A stretch of DNA of 44,702 nucleotides from Candidatus Moanibacter sp. (lineage in GTDB: Bacteria; Verrucomicrobiota; Verrucomicrobiia; Opitutales; UBA2987): positions 1 to 44,702 of the forward strand of contig CBDCEW010000051.1 of assembly GCA_965215885.1 (NCBI GenBank), written 5' to 3'. Shown one piece after another: positions 9,665 to 19,144 of the stretch. Below the pieces are notes generated by a model. It had not been told where the DNA came from, searched no databases, and saw nothing but the letters and a program-made list of their open reading frames with translations. Made by a program: the position numbers and the translations under genes. The first letter of the stretch is position 1; every line of letters begins with the position of its first letter.

Positions 9665-10774
9665 ATGAAACTAGTCAAGATATTCGGAATCGTGTTGGGC
9701 CTGCATGCGTGTGTGATTGGATCCTTATTTATTCTACCCGGGTGCAGCACAACTTCAATGGAGGACTCTACGACGGAGCCTCCCGCCTCAGCGACAGGCG
9801 GAGACAGTCATGTATCCAAGTCCGCCCCGACGGGTGAGATACATCCCGATTTTAATGCGGGCATACCTGTTTCCCCTTCTTATTCCGGTCGCACGGGTCG
9901 CTACCCACCGACGAGACCGAAAGGTATACCGGGAACTGCATCGGAAGATACCTCGAGTAGAATTCTGGAGCCGCTGCGAGACGTGGGAGCCGATATTTCG
10001 ATGACGGACTACACAGTAAGGAGTGGCGATAGTCTTTGGGCAATCGCGAGAAGGCATGGTGTCTCGTTCCAGGCCCTTCTGGATGCGAACGGATTCGACC
10101 GCCGCGCGGCAATTTATGCGGGACAGGAGATATTGATTCCGGGAGGGCAGAGAGTGGCGGATGAGGAGTCGGGACGCGCTCCATCGCTCGATGATTTGGA
10201 AGGTCGCGGTCTCTACACGATTAAGCAGGGCGATACTTTATCGCGGATTGCGGGACGATTTGGAACGACGGTGGCTTTGATACGGAGGGACAACAATCTT
10301 TCGAGTGATATCATTTACACGGGCCAGACCATCTATCTGCCGGTGGGAGTTTCCGAACTCGGAGACGAGGAAACGACGCTGATTGATTTGCCGCTCCAGA
10401 TGGCGGGTGCGGGTGAAGACTTTCATACCGTAAGTTCGGGAGAGACACCCAGCGGAATTGCCCAGAGATATGGCATGAGCACGAAGGAATTGATGCGAAT
10501 TAACGACATTGCGGATCCGAGAAAGCTGCGAGTGGGGCAGACTCTGATCGTGACGAAAAAGGAATCGGATACTTCAGCCCGACGGGCGCTGGTCGACAGG
10601 CAAGAGGGAGAACCTGGAATAACGGAAACCAGCGTGCCGATGGCACCGGAAATTGAGCCTTTGATCGAATTGCCTCCGAGTTTGGAGATGGGGAATGTGG
10701 AGGATGAAGAGTACGATGCAGATGGGGATATCCCGGTAATTCCGATCGAAGTAGAAGATGATGACGGCCAGTAG
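9665..10774 (+). CDS. Lipoprotein with three LysM peptidoglycan-binding domains and acidic tail
   Basis: Signal peptide with lipobox LPGC; LysM repeats YTVRSGDSLWAIA, YTIKQGDTLSRIA, HTVSSGETPSGIA; no catalytic domain evident. Confidence 0.92.
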   Translation: MKLVKIFGIVLGLHACVIGSLFILPGCSTTSMEDSTTEPPASATGGDSHVSKSAPTGEIHPDFNAGIPVSPSYSGRTGRYPPTRPKGIPGTASEDTSSRILEPLRDVGADISMTDYTVRSGDSLWAIARRHGVSFQALLDANGFDRRAAIYAGQEILIPGGQRVADEESGRAPSLDDLEGRGLYTIKQGDTLSRIAGRFGTTVALIRRDNNLSSDIIYTGQTIYLPVGVSELGDEETTLIDLPLQMAGAGEDFHTVSSGETPSGIAQRYGMSTKELMRINDIADPRKLRVGQTLIVTKKESDTSARRALVDRQEGEPGITETSVPMAPEIEPLIELPPSLEMGNVEDEEYDADGDIPVIPIEVEDDDGQ

Positions 10775-10792
10775 TTGTGAGAGTCTCTCCTT

Positions 10793-11974
10793 GTGGAAAG
10801 CAAAGCGGATGATGCCTGGGTCATGGAGGGAATGGAGGTAGACGGAGGCAATTGTCTGAAGATTCTCAGGGGAAAGCTGCCTGGTCTGGTGCTCGTCTTC
10901 GCCGTTGTGTGCCTTACTCTCCTTGGAATCACCGTGCTGTCCAGTGTCACAAGCAGTCAGGGGACAGAATGGCCGAATCTTTTCCGGAAGCAGCTAATCT
11001 GGCTTGCACTTGCGTTGCTGGCTGGAGGATTTGTGGCTTTCCTGAATCTCGATCGAATGCGCCCATTAGCGTGGCCTCTCGCAGTCCTGACTGGTCTTCT
11101 CCTCCTTCTGGTTCTGGTTCCCGGGGTGGGAGTGATGGCCAACGGCGCGCGACGATGGTTGGATCTTGGTCCAATCAACTTCCAGGTTTCGGATTTCGCA
11201 AAACTCGGTCTGGTTTTCGTATTGGCGCACTACCTGGCGGCGAATCAGCGGAATTTGCGTCGTTTTGTCAGTGGTTTTGCCATTCCAAGCGCGATGATTT
11301 GCTCAGTATCTTTCCTCATCCTCTTAGAACCTGATTTCGGAACCGCATTGCTGGTAGCGGTGGTTGGCTTTGCGCTACTTTTTCTTTCCGGGGCTCGGCT
11401 TCTCTTTCTAATTCCAACGGTGCTTCTTGGAGGGCTCTTCTTCGCTATCGCGGTATACTTAGACCCGATACGCTGGAAGCGCGTGACCGCGTTTATGGAT
11501 GTCGACGCCAACAAGGAAGATGGCGCTTATCAGTTGTGGCAGGGGATGCTGGCGTTTGGGGCGGGAGGAACCTACGGAGTGGGTCTGGGAAACGGTCGCC
11601 AGCAAATGTCATACCTGCCGGAAGCTCATACCGATTTCATATTTCCGATCATTGGCGAAGAGATGGGCATACTAGTATCGGGAGGCGTGGTCATCCTATT
11701 TATGGTTATCTATATAACAGGAGTGTGGCACGTCGGCAGATCGCCTAATCTCTTTCAATTTCTTCTCGTTGTCGGTTCCCTGTTAATCATTACCACACAG
11801 GCGATAGTAAATCTCTGCGTCGTGACCGGCTGTCTGCCGACGAAAGGGATGTCTTTGCCGTTCATCAGTTATGGTGGGTCGAGCCTTGTGACCATGTTTG
11901 TTCTGGTAGGTTTGATGTTGAACTGTTTTCGCGAGTGGGACCGAGCTCCGTTGGGTAATCCTGTCGAACTATGA
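10793..11974 (+). CDS. ftsW: SEDS peptidoglycan polymerase FtsW
   Basis: NGARRWL, FQVSDFAK, EPDFGT, LPEAHTDFIF, LPTKGMSLPFISYGGSS; upstream of murG. Exact start uncertain (GTG 10793 or a downstream ATG). Confidence 0.95.
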   Translation: MESKADDAWVMEGMEVDGGNCLKILRGKLPGLVLVFAVVCLTLLGITVLSSVTSSQGTEWPNLFRKQLIWLALALLAGGFVAFLNLDRMRPLAWPLAVLTGLLLLLVLVPGVGVMANGARRWLDLGPINFQVSDFAKLGLVFVLAHYLAANQRNLRRFVSGFAIPSAMICSVSFLILLEPDFGTALLVAVVGFALLFLSGARLLFLIPTVLLGGLFFAIAVYLDPIRWKRVTAFMDVDANKEDGAYQLWQGMLAFGAGGTYGVGLGNGRQQMSYLPEAHTDFIFPIIGEEMGILVSGGVVILFMVIYITGVWHVGRSPNLFQFLLVVGSLLIITTQAIVNLCVVTGCLPTKGMSLPFISYGGSSLVTMFVLVGLMLNCFREWDRAPLGNPVEL

Positions 11975-13107
11975 GTCGATTTCTGATCTCATGTGGCGGC
12001 ACGGGTGGGCATCTCTCGCCTGGAATCGCAATTGCCGAATCGTTATTGGATCGGGGTCAGGGCTGTCTGCTTGTAATCAGCAGAAAGCAGGTCGATGCGC
12101 GATTAATTGAAAACTACCAACACCTGGATTTTGTAAAGGCTCCCGGTGCACCCTTTTCCCTTCATCCTGTGCGATTCCTAAGCTTTGTCATTCAACAACT
12201 TTGGCTGCTGATATTTTCATTTCGTTTTGTCAGAAAGTATCGACCAGACGTGATCATTGCCTTTGGCGGTTTCATTTCAACTGGATTCGCGATCGCCGGA
12301 ATTGGTCGCCGCTGCCCGTTGGCGCTTCATGAAACGAATCGAAAAGCGGGAAAGGCAACGCGGTTTCTGAGCGGACTGGCGAATCGGATCTACCTCCCAG
12401 AGGGGGTTCGCCTTGGAGGAGTAACGCCTGAGAAGGTATTGCATCTGAGCTACCCCTTACGAAGTGATATACGACGCAGTACCCGTGAAGCTGCACGGGA
12501 GAAGCTGGGTATTGATATTGAAGGAAAGCTGGTTGTGGTCTTGGGAGGAAGCCAAGGCGCGCAGATTCTCAATGAGTGGGTTCTGGAGAATTTCGAATCG
12601 CTCGCGGCAGAGGGCATAAACGTGTATTGCGTCACCGGCATCGGTAAGGGTTACGAATGCGTGCAGGAATTCACGAATGCCAAAGGAGGAGAGTTCAGGG
12701 CCTATTTCACACCCTTTACGGATCAAATGAGTGAGGTTCTATCGAGCGCCGACCTTGTAGCGGGACGAGCGGGATCAGGAACAATAGCGGAGTTGGTCCA
12801 TTGTCGAGTGCCTTCGATCCTTATCCCGCTTCTCCATGCGGCGGAGAATCATCAGTTGGCCAATGCTCGATTTCTTGAACGGCAGGGTGGTTGTATCGTC
12901 CTGGAGCAGGGTCGCCTGGAGAAGCTTCGGAGTGAGATACTGGACGTGATATTCAACGACTGGCTGCTTGGTAAGTTCCGCCAGAATCTGAAACTCCTGG
13001 AGAGAGGAGACAGCGCTGAACGGATCGCCAGTGACCTGGTAGACCTGTCTCTGCAGTCCGATGAACAGATGAGGTCGAGAAACCGGAGAGTTGAGAATAC
13101 CGTATGA
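11971..13107 (+). CDS. murG: Lipid II synthase MurG
   Basis: GGTGGH, FGGF, HETN, GGSQGA, RAGSGT, HQLANA. Confidence 0.96.
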   Translation: MSRFLISCGGTGGHLSPGIAIAESLLDRGQGCLLVISRKQVDARLIENYQHLDFVKAPGAPFSLHPVRFLSFVIQQLWLLIFSFRFVRKYRPDVIIAFGGFISTGFAIAGIGRRCPLALHETNRKAGKATRFLSGLANRIYLPEGVRLGGVTPEKVLHLSYPLRSDIRRSTREAAREKLGIDIEGKLVVVLGGSQGAQILNEWVLENFESLAAEGINVYCVTGIGKGYECVQEFTNAKGGEFRAYFTPFTDQMSEVLSSADLVAGRAGSGTIAELVHCRVPSILIPLLHAAENHQLANARFLERQGGCIVLEQGRLEKLRSEILDVIFNDWLLGKFRQNLKLLERGDSAERIASDLVDLSLQSDEQMRSRNRRVENTV

Positions 13108-15443
13108 CGGCTGAAAAAGAGAGGGTGTTTTTGATCGGAGTAGGAGGGATGGGTATGGCGCCTCTTGCAATTTACCTGCAAGAGAGCGGCCTATCGGTTG
13201 TTGGATACGACGATAACTTGAGGCCGGCGATTCGGAATCTGCTGGTCAGGAACGGGGTCGAGATAGTGGAAGAGCGCGAGGTGCCCGGCAGGATTTCAAA
13301 GGTGGTTTTCTCGAGCGCTATTTCGCGTGAACACTCGCTTTTTCGAGAGTCGGAAAAGATGGGGCTTCCGTTGATGCGGCGGGGCGAAATGTTAGCCTCG
13401 CTGCTTTCGGAGAATAAACTCCTGGCGGTGGTGGGGAGTCACGGAAAAACTACGACTACGGGGATGCTGATTCACATACTGGAGGAGAGTGGGTTTCCGG
13501 TAGGTTATTTATTTGGAGGATTGTATGCGGATGAGGAGAATCTACCTGCGCGCTTTCGAGCGGTAGAATGGATGGTGGCGGAAGTGGATGAAAGCGACGG
13601 CACAATTGAACTGTTCAATCCTGAGATTACGCTGGTCCTGAACCTGGATTGGGATCACACCGATTACTACGCGACCGAGGAGGATTTAGATAGCGCCATA
13701 GGCCGTTTGTTCAAGCGCACGCGATCATCGATTCTGGTACCAGCCGGAGATGGAAAATTGAAACGCTTGGCCCAAGCGGCCGGATGCGAAACGATAGAAT
13801 TTGGTCGCGGAGGGGAATTTGATCTGAAGGAGATTCGGAATGAAGGCGAATGCGAGATTCTCAGCCTGGGTGGGCGTTACGGGGTAAAAGAACTGAAAGT
13901 GCGAACCTTTGGCGAATTTAACGCCAACAATGCCGCTGCTGGTTTGGCCGCCGCGCATCTCCTCTGTGGGAATCCGACGATTGATTGTCTCGAAAAATTC
14001 CCGGGTATTCGGCGACGCCAGGCACTCCTTTATAACAGCCCATTCCTGACCGTCATTGAAGATTACGCCCATCATCCGGTAGAGATCTCCGAATTGTTGA
14101 AGTGTCTGCGGAAGCGGTATCCCAATCGCAAATTGATTACGGTATTTCAACCGCATCGCTACTCACGTACGCTTACTTACAAGTCAAAGTTCGCGGAGGT
14201 TCTTCGGGAAGTGGATATGCTTTTTCTCCTGGAAGTGTATGCGGCCAGCGAACCCAAGCGAAGCGGGGGCACGAGCACTGACATTCTGAGTCTTATCGAT
14301 GAGGCGCCCCCAGCCAAACTGCTTAGGACGCGTGGCGAACTAGGCCTCAATTTGAAGGAGTCGGCAGGGAATTCCGATCTGATTGTGTTTGTAGGAGCGG
14401 GAGACATTGACGAGTGGGCAGCCGGATATGTGAAGTGCCTTTCCGCCGCGGATACTGTGTTAGTTCCTCGTAAGAAGGAGTCTGTGAACGGGAGTGCGCA
14501 GAAGGGTGCGTCCGGTCCGCTCTGGTGGGAAAAACTGGCGCCAGGTTTGTCCCCTGATACTAAACTCGTCCGGGACGCCTCTCTCGCTGACAAAACGACA
14601 CTTCGAGTAGGAGGGAGAGCGGATTATTATGCCGAGCCCGCATCCGAAGCTGATCTTGGACTGCTCCTGAAAAGCGCCCGAGCGGAAGGAGTAGCAGTAT
14701 TTCTCCTGGGGCGTGGCTCCAATCTGATCGTCTCAGAGGAGGGATTTGCTGGGATGGTAATTCGTTTGAAACACAAATGCTGGAAGAAAATCAAGCGTTT
14801 GGATGAAGGACGTCTATGGGCGAGCGCCGGTGCTCGCTTGAATCAAGTGTGCGGCGAGGCCTGCAGGCTTGGTCTCTCAGGCTTCGAATTTATGGAGGGA
14901 ATTCCCGGTTCGGTGGGCGGTTCCCTGAGGATGAATGCCGGAGCTATGGGAGGATGGATGTTCGATGTCGTTGAAGAGGTGCGCTATATGAGTCTCGAAG
15001 GGGAACCGAGAATTAAGAATGGCGCGGAATTTCATGTCGGCTATCGAGACTGTCGCGAACTCGATGAGGCTGTTGCCCTTGGAGCCATTTTTCGGGCGTC
15101 CTCCGAATCGACGGAAGGGGAGATACGAGAGAAGATCGCGTCTTTTTCGAAGAATCGAAAGGAAACACAACCCCGTGGGGCGAGCGCAGGATGCATTTTT
15201 AAAAATCCGGAAAACGGATATGCCGGCCAGCTTATTGATGAACTCGGGTTAAAAGGCCGTCGAGTAGGCGGAGCACAGATCTCCACAATTCACGGAAACT
15301 TCATCGTCAATTGTGGAGGTGCCACGAGTAGCGACGTTCTAAACCTGATAAGGGAAGTGCGGCGGGAAATAAAGGAACGTCGAGGCGTCGAGTTGGAACC
15401 GGAGGTGTTGCTCCTCGGGAGGAGTTGGAACGAGGTATTATAG
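13104..15443 (+). CDS. murC: Bifunctional MurC-MurB fusion (UDP-MurNAc--L-Ala ligase + UDP-N-acetylenolpyruvoylglucosamine reductase)
   Basis: N-terminal ~445 aa is MurC (IGVGGMGM, GSHGKTTTT, EVDESDG, DYAHHP, FQPHRYSRT). After a linker comes MurB (TTLRVGG, GRGSN, GIPGSVGG..MNAGA, SAGCIFKNP, HGNFIVN, LEPEV). One uninterrupted 779-aa ORF. Confidence 0.96.
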   Translation: MTAEKERVFLIGVGGMGMAPLAIYLQESGLSVVGYDDNLRPAIRNLLVRNGVEIVEEREVPGRISKVVFSSAISREHSLFRESEKMGLPLMRRGEMLASLLSENKLLAVVGSHGKTTTTGMLIHILEESGFPVGYLFGGLYADEENLPARFRAVEWMVAEVDESDGTIELFNPEITLVLNLDWDHTDYYATEEDLDSAIGRLFKRTRSSILVPAGDGKLKRLAQAAGCETIEFGRGGEFDLKEIRNEGECEILSLGGRYGVKELKVRTFGEFNANNAAAGLAAAHLLCGNPTIDCLEKFPGIRRRQALLYNSPFLTVIEDYAHHPVEISELLKCLRKRYPNRKLITVFQPHRYSRTLTYKSKFAEVLREVDMLFLLEVYAASEPKRSGGTSTDILSLIDEAPPAKLLRTRGELGLNLKESAGNSDLIVFVGAGDIDEWAAGYVKCLSAADTVLVPRKKESVNGSAQKGASGPLWWEKLAPGLSPDTKLVRDASLADKTTLRVGGRADYYAEPASEADLGLLLKSARAEGVAVFLLGRGSNLIVSEEGFAGMVIRLKHKCWKKIKRLDEGRLWASAGARLNQVCGEACRLGLSGFEFMEGIPGSVGGSLRMNAGAMGGWMFDVVEEVRYMSLEGEPRIKNGAEFHVGYRDCRELDEAVALGAIFRASSESTEGEIREKIASFSKNRKETQPRGASAGCIFKNPENGYAGQLIDELGLKGRRVGGAQISTIHGNFIVNCGGATSSDVLNLIREVRREIKERRGVELEPEVLLLGRSWNEVL

Positions 15444-15468
15444 AGTGTGATTTCGGTTTTTTGAAATA

Positions 15469-16401
15469 ATGGGTTTGAAAAATAAAAAGAGTAAGAACGA
15501 TGACCTGGCTGTCCGATCCTGGCGTAGCATCAGTCAGATAGTCGGGAGGGAGGCGGTCACAACAATTGCCCGCAATCGGAGATTTCTCTCGCATGCGAAG
15601 TTATCCGGGATCTGTTTGACCTTTCTGCTTACCCTCGCGGCGCTTTGCTACGGATTCTACTCTCTGGCTATTCACCGCGAGAGATTGAATTTGGCCGGTC
15701 CCTCCGACGAGGTTCGCCAGATCGTTTTTCAGTCTGATGGCGTTCTTACTCACGAATGGATTCAACGGATCGTTCGCATCCCCGTTTCGACCGAGATGAT
15801 GGACGTGGATATCTTCGCGATAAAGGGCATGTTAGAGGATTTTGGTCAGATTAGGATTGCTACTGTTACCCGCAGGTTTCCGGACGAGTTGCTGATAGAC
15901 ATCAGAGAGAGAGAACCGATTCTTCGCGCTCGCGTTCCGGCCTATTCTGAGAGTTTTGAAGAACTGCTCATTTCCCAGGACGGATTTGTCTATAAAGGGA
16001 GAAATTATCTGGAGGAGTCACTGAGTCGAATTCCTTATCTCGACGGTGTGAGTTTCAAACGGAGCAGAGAGGGCTTCCAGCCGATCTTTGGAATGGAGAC
16101 AGTAGGTAAACTGCTTACTCTAGCGAGCACCAGGTTTCCGAGTATCTACCAATCCTGGAGAGTCGTTTCATGCGAGAAATTTACGGGAAGACCCGACAAT
16201 TCGGATCAGCTAATTACGGTTAGGGGAAAAAACGTCAGGGAAACCGTATTCTCAACGGACGACTTTGAGACTCAGCTGATTCGACTCGCTCAGGTGATCG
16301 ATCACTCCCGGCGCCGGGAAGTCAATGCACTGAAGCGGGTGAATCTATCTCTCGGTGAACAGGTTTTTGTACAATACTACCCAAAACTAATGCCTCGGTG
16401 A
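15469..16401 (+). CDS. ftsQ: Cell division protein FtsQ/DivIB
   Basis: Basic N-tail, one TM segment, POTRA end motif VTRRFPDELLIDIREREP; directly upstream of ftsA. Confidence 0.9.
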   Translation: MGLKNKKSKNDDLAVRSWRSISQIVGREAVTTIARNRRFLSHAKLSGICLTFLLTLAALCYGFYSLAIHRERLNLAGPSDEVRQIVFQSDGVLTHEWIQRIVRIPVSTEMMDVDIFAIKGMLEDFGQIRIATVTRRFPDELLIDIREREPILRARVPAYSESFEELLISQDGFVYKGRNYLEESLSRIPYLDGVSFKRSREGFQPIFGMETVGKLLTLASTRFPSIYQSWRVVSCEKFTGRPDNSDQLITVRGKNVRETVFSTDDFETQLIRLAQVIDHSRRREVNALKRVNLSLGEQVFVQYYPKLMPR

Positions 16402-16413
16402 AAAGGTGATTAA

Positions 16414-17622
16414 ATGAATCACGATAAAGTGATAGGAGCAGTCGAAATAGGGACTTCAAAAGTCGTCGTGCTCGCGGGTGAGCTGGTGGGAGACAGAAGT
16501 CTGAACATCATTGGATTGGGAGAGTCGACATCGATGGGTGTGAAAAAGGGGGAGATCGTGGACTTTCGGGCGGCCAGTGATTGCACACACGCCGCGATTC
16601 GGGCAGCGGAAAAGAATTCAGGAGCGACCGTGGAAGGTGTTTATCTATCGCAGACAGGAGGACACCTCAGTGGATTCTATAGTGTGGGGGCGGTGTCGGT
16701 AAGTTCTCCGGAAAGTCTGGTGAGTTCGGGAGACATGGGTAGAGCGGTGGAGGAGGCGAAGCGCAAAGAATTGGCGTCGGACCGTGTCTACATACATCAC
16801 ATGCATAACGGTTACCTGTTGGATGGACGTGAGGTTGAGAACCCTTACCTCATGCAAGGGGAGAGTCTTGAAGTCGGCTATTGGCACGTTCACGGTCAGG
16901 AGAAAAAGGTCAGTGATCATATCCATGTCATAAATGGGTTTGGTCTGGAAGTAGAAGACATGATAATATCCAGCATCGCTTCCGGATCGATGGTGGCGAG
17001 CGAAACGGAGAAACGAAACGGCGTTCTCGTGATCGATATTGGATGTGGCACTACGGATTATGTGCTCTACCGCAGCGGGAGCATATTGAGAACCGGGGTC
17101 GTCGGTGTGGGTGGCGACCACTTGACCAATGATTTAAGTCTCGGTCTGCGCGTGGGGCCGAAACACGCGGAGAAGCTCAAAGGGGAATTCGGAAAGGCGA
17201 GTGTTGATAACGAAGACAAGAGTGATAAAGTGTGGCTGTTCGGGGATCTCACAATTGGAGACAGGGCAATTCCAAGACTGGCGATATACAAGATCATTGA
17301 GGCCCGCGTGAGGGAACTCTTCAGCATCTTAAAGAAAGACTTAGGCGCGACTCTTAACCAACAGGATGTGCCGGGCGGAGTCATTCTGACAGGCGGCGGG
17401 GCACGTTTAGTAAACATCGAAGAAGTGGCCAGGGAGACTCTCGGCCTCGATACAAGGCTGGGTGAGAATCCGGGTTGGGTAAGGGAGGATCTGCGCGAAC
17501 CCGAATACAGCTGTGTTCTGGGTCTGCTCTACTATGGGCTAACCGCACAAAATACGGATGTGGTCGCGGATCCGCGAAAGGGAATCATCCAAAAAGTCGC
17601 AAGGATGTTCAGTCTAACCTGA
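16414..17622 (+). CDS. ftsA: Cell division protein FtsA
   Basis: EIGTSKV, GVKKGEIVD, IDIGCGTTD, GGDHLTNDLS, ILTGGGA; C-terminal amphipathic helix IIQKVARMF. Confidence 0.97.
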   Translation: MNHDKVIGAVEIGTSKVVVLAGELVGDRSLNIIGLGESTSMGVKKGEIVDFRAASDCTHAAIRAAEKNSGATVEGVYLSQTGGHLSGFYSVGAVSVSSPESLVSSGDMGRAVEEAKRKELASDRVYIHHMHNGYLLDGREVENPYLMQGESLEVGYWHVHGQEKKVSDHIHVINGFGLEVEDMIISSIASGSMVASETEKRNGVLVIDIGCGTTDYVLYRSGSILRTGVVGVGGDHLTNDLSLGLRVGPKHAEKLKGEFGKASVDNEDKSDKVWLFGDLTIGDRAIPRLAIYKIIEARVRELFSILKKDLGATLNQQDVPGGVILTGGGARLVNIEEVARETLGLDTRLGENPGWVREDLREPEYSCVLGLLYYGLTAQNTDVVADPRKGIIQKVARMFSLT

Positions 17623-17624
17623 AT

Positions 17625-18893
17625 ATGAGTGCAGAAAATATGACAGATTCGAATCGAAGCGTTAGCGGAGAGATGGAGTTTGAAAGAATCCGCATCAAGA
17701 TCATTGGGGTGGGAGGCGCTGGTAACAACGCGGTTGACCGCCTGAAATTGGATAATCTGAGCAATGTATGTCTGGCGGGCGTAAATACCGATGGACAGGT
17801 ATTGAGAGAGTCTCCCGTTGAGGAAAAGGTGATGATTGGAGGCCGGCTGACCCGAGGGTTGGGAGCGGGAGGAGAGATGGACCTGGGGCGGCAGGCAGCA
17901 GAAGAAGACCGGGAGAAGCTGAAAAGTATCGTCGACGGTGTGGATTTAGTGTTTATAATGGCTGGATTGGGAGGTGGCACCGGTAGCGGGAGCACCCCGG
18001 TTCTGGCCGAAGTGGCGGTGGAGGCGGGCGCGGTGGCGATAGGTTTTGTAACGCTCCCTTTCACGATTGAGGGCGCCCGCCGGCACAAACAAGCTGAAGA
18101 GAGCCTCGTCGCACTGCGCGAAGTGTGCCACGCCGTGGTGACACTACCCAATGATATTTTGCTTCAGCAGGTTGAGGAAAACGCGACGGTCCTGGAGGCA
18201 TTTGCCCTCGCAGATGAGTGGATTAACAGGGGAGTGCGTTCGATTTGTGCAATGTTGTTTGAAACGGGGCTAATTAATGTGGATTTTGCGGCGCTGCAAA
18301 AGTCTTTTGAGAATCGCGGGGGAAAGACGCTCTTCGGGCTCGGGCACGGTTCGGGCGGCGATTATGTAGGAAAGGCCATAAACGACCTGATGATGTGTCC
18401 TCTCTTGCAGACGCCGGAGTACTCCCGGCGAGCAGACAGCTTGATCGTAAACATTATTGGAGGCCCGGATTTAACAATAAATAAGGTAAACGAAATCGTC
18501 ACTATAGTAGCTGAGAAATTCGGAAGTAAGGAAAATACCCTTATCGGTGCGACAATCGATGAAGGCATGCACGAAAGTGCTAGCATTTGCGTCATAGGAA
18601 CGACCGATATCGATGGGCGGAATCGCTACGCGAGACCAGGAGCAGCACACAGCGGCTTCCGCCGGAGCGCGAAGGAGGGGAAGCCGCGAATGAATCCAGA
18701 TAGCCGGTGGGAAGCGGTCCATACTTCGAAGCTGAAGGGAAGGAAAATGAAGAAAAGTAGCCAGGAAGAGTTTGATTTCATGAGCGTTGATGACCAGCGG
18801 GGCTACTTCGATAAAACCGAGCGCAATCTATACGACGGAGAGGATCTCGACGTGCCCACCTATCTGCGACGGGGAGTGCGGATAAAGCTATAG
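17625..18893 (+). CDS. ftsZ: Cell division protein FtsZ
   Basis: IGVGGAGNNAV, NTD, GLGAGG, tubulin motif GGGTGSG, GLINVDFAA, C-terminal DLDVPTYLRR. Start set to ATG 17625, 2 nt after the ftsA stop. Confidence 0.98.
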   Translation: MSAENMTDSNRSVSGEMEFERIRIKIIGVGGAGNNAVDRLKLDNLSNVCLAGVNTDGQVLRESPVEEKVMIGGRLTRGLGAGGEMDLGRQAAEEDREKLKSIVDGVDLVFIMAGLGGGTGSGSTPVLAEVAVEAGAVAIGFVTLPFTIEGARRHKQAEESLVALREVCHAVVTLPNDILLQQVEENATVLEAFALADEWINRGVRSICAMLFETGLINVDFAALQKSFENRGGKTLFGLGHGSGGDYVGKAINDLMMCPLLQTPEYSRRADSLIVNIIGGPDLTINKVNEIVTIVAEKFGSKENTLIGATIDEGMHESASICVIGTTDIDGRNRYARPGAAHSGFRRSAKEGKPRMNPDSRWEAVHTSKLKGRKMKKSSQEEFDFMSVDDQRGYFDKTERNLYDGEDLDVPTYLRRGVRIKL

Positions 18894-19071
18894 CCCGAAC
18901 ATCTCACAAACCTTCTACTACGACGACGGATCTCCCCGCGTGTCAAAGCCTTCCCTTGCCCGGCGACCTCAGAGGGTCCCAACATGCTGTCGCCCGCCGC
19001 GCTTCGGAAAGGCATTGACACGCAGCGATCTACGCCGTCTCGCTACGAAGTGTGTGAAATGTCCGGGCTAG
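18891..19071. mobile_element. MITE-like long palindromic element (family A, TAGCCCGRACAT ends), ~180 bp
   Basis: Left end TAGCCCGAACATCTCACAAAC versus reverse complement of right end TAGCCCGGACATTTCACACAC. Internal pairing GCGTGTCAAAGCCTT/AAGGCATTGACACGC and GGCGAC/GTCGCC. A half copy recurs at 35961-36050. Confidence 0.75.
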
Positions 19072-19144
19072 GAATCTGTCGGACGAGACTTCTTGAATAT
19101 TCGGAATGTTCGGTAGAGCGGTGATCATACTGAAGCTGGTTTAC

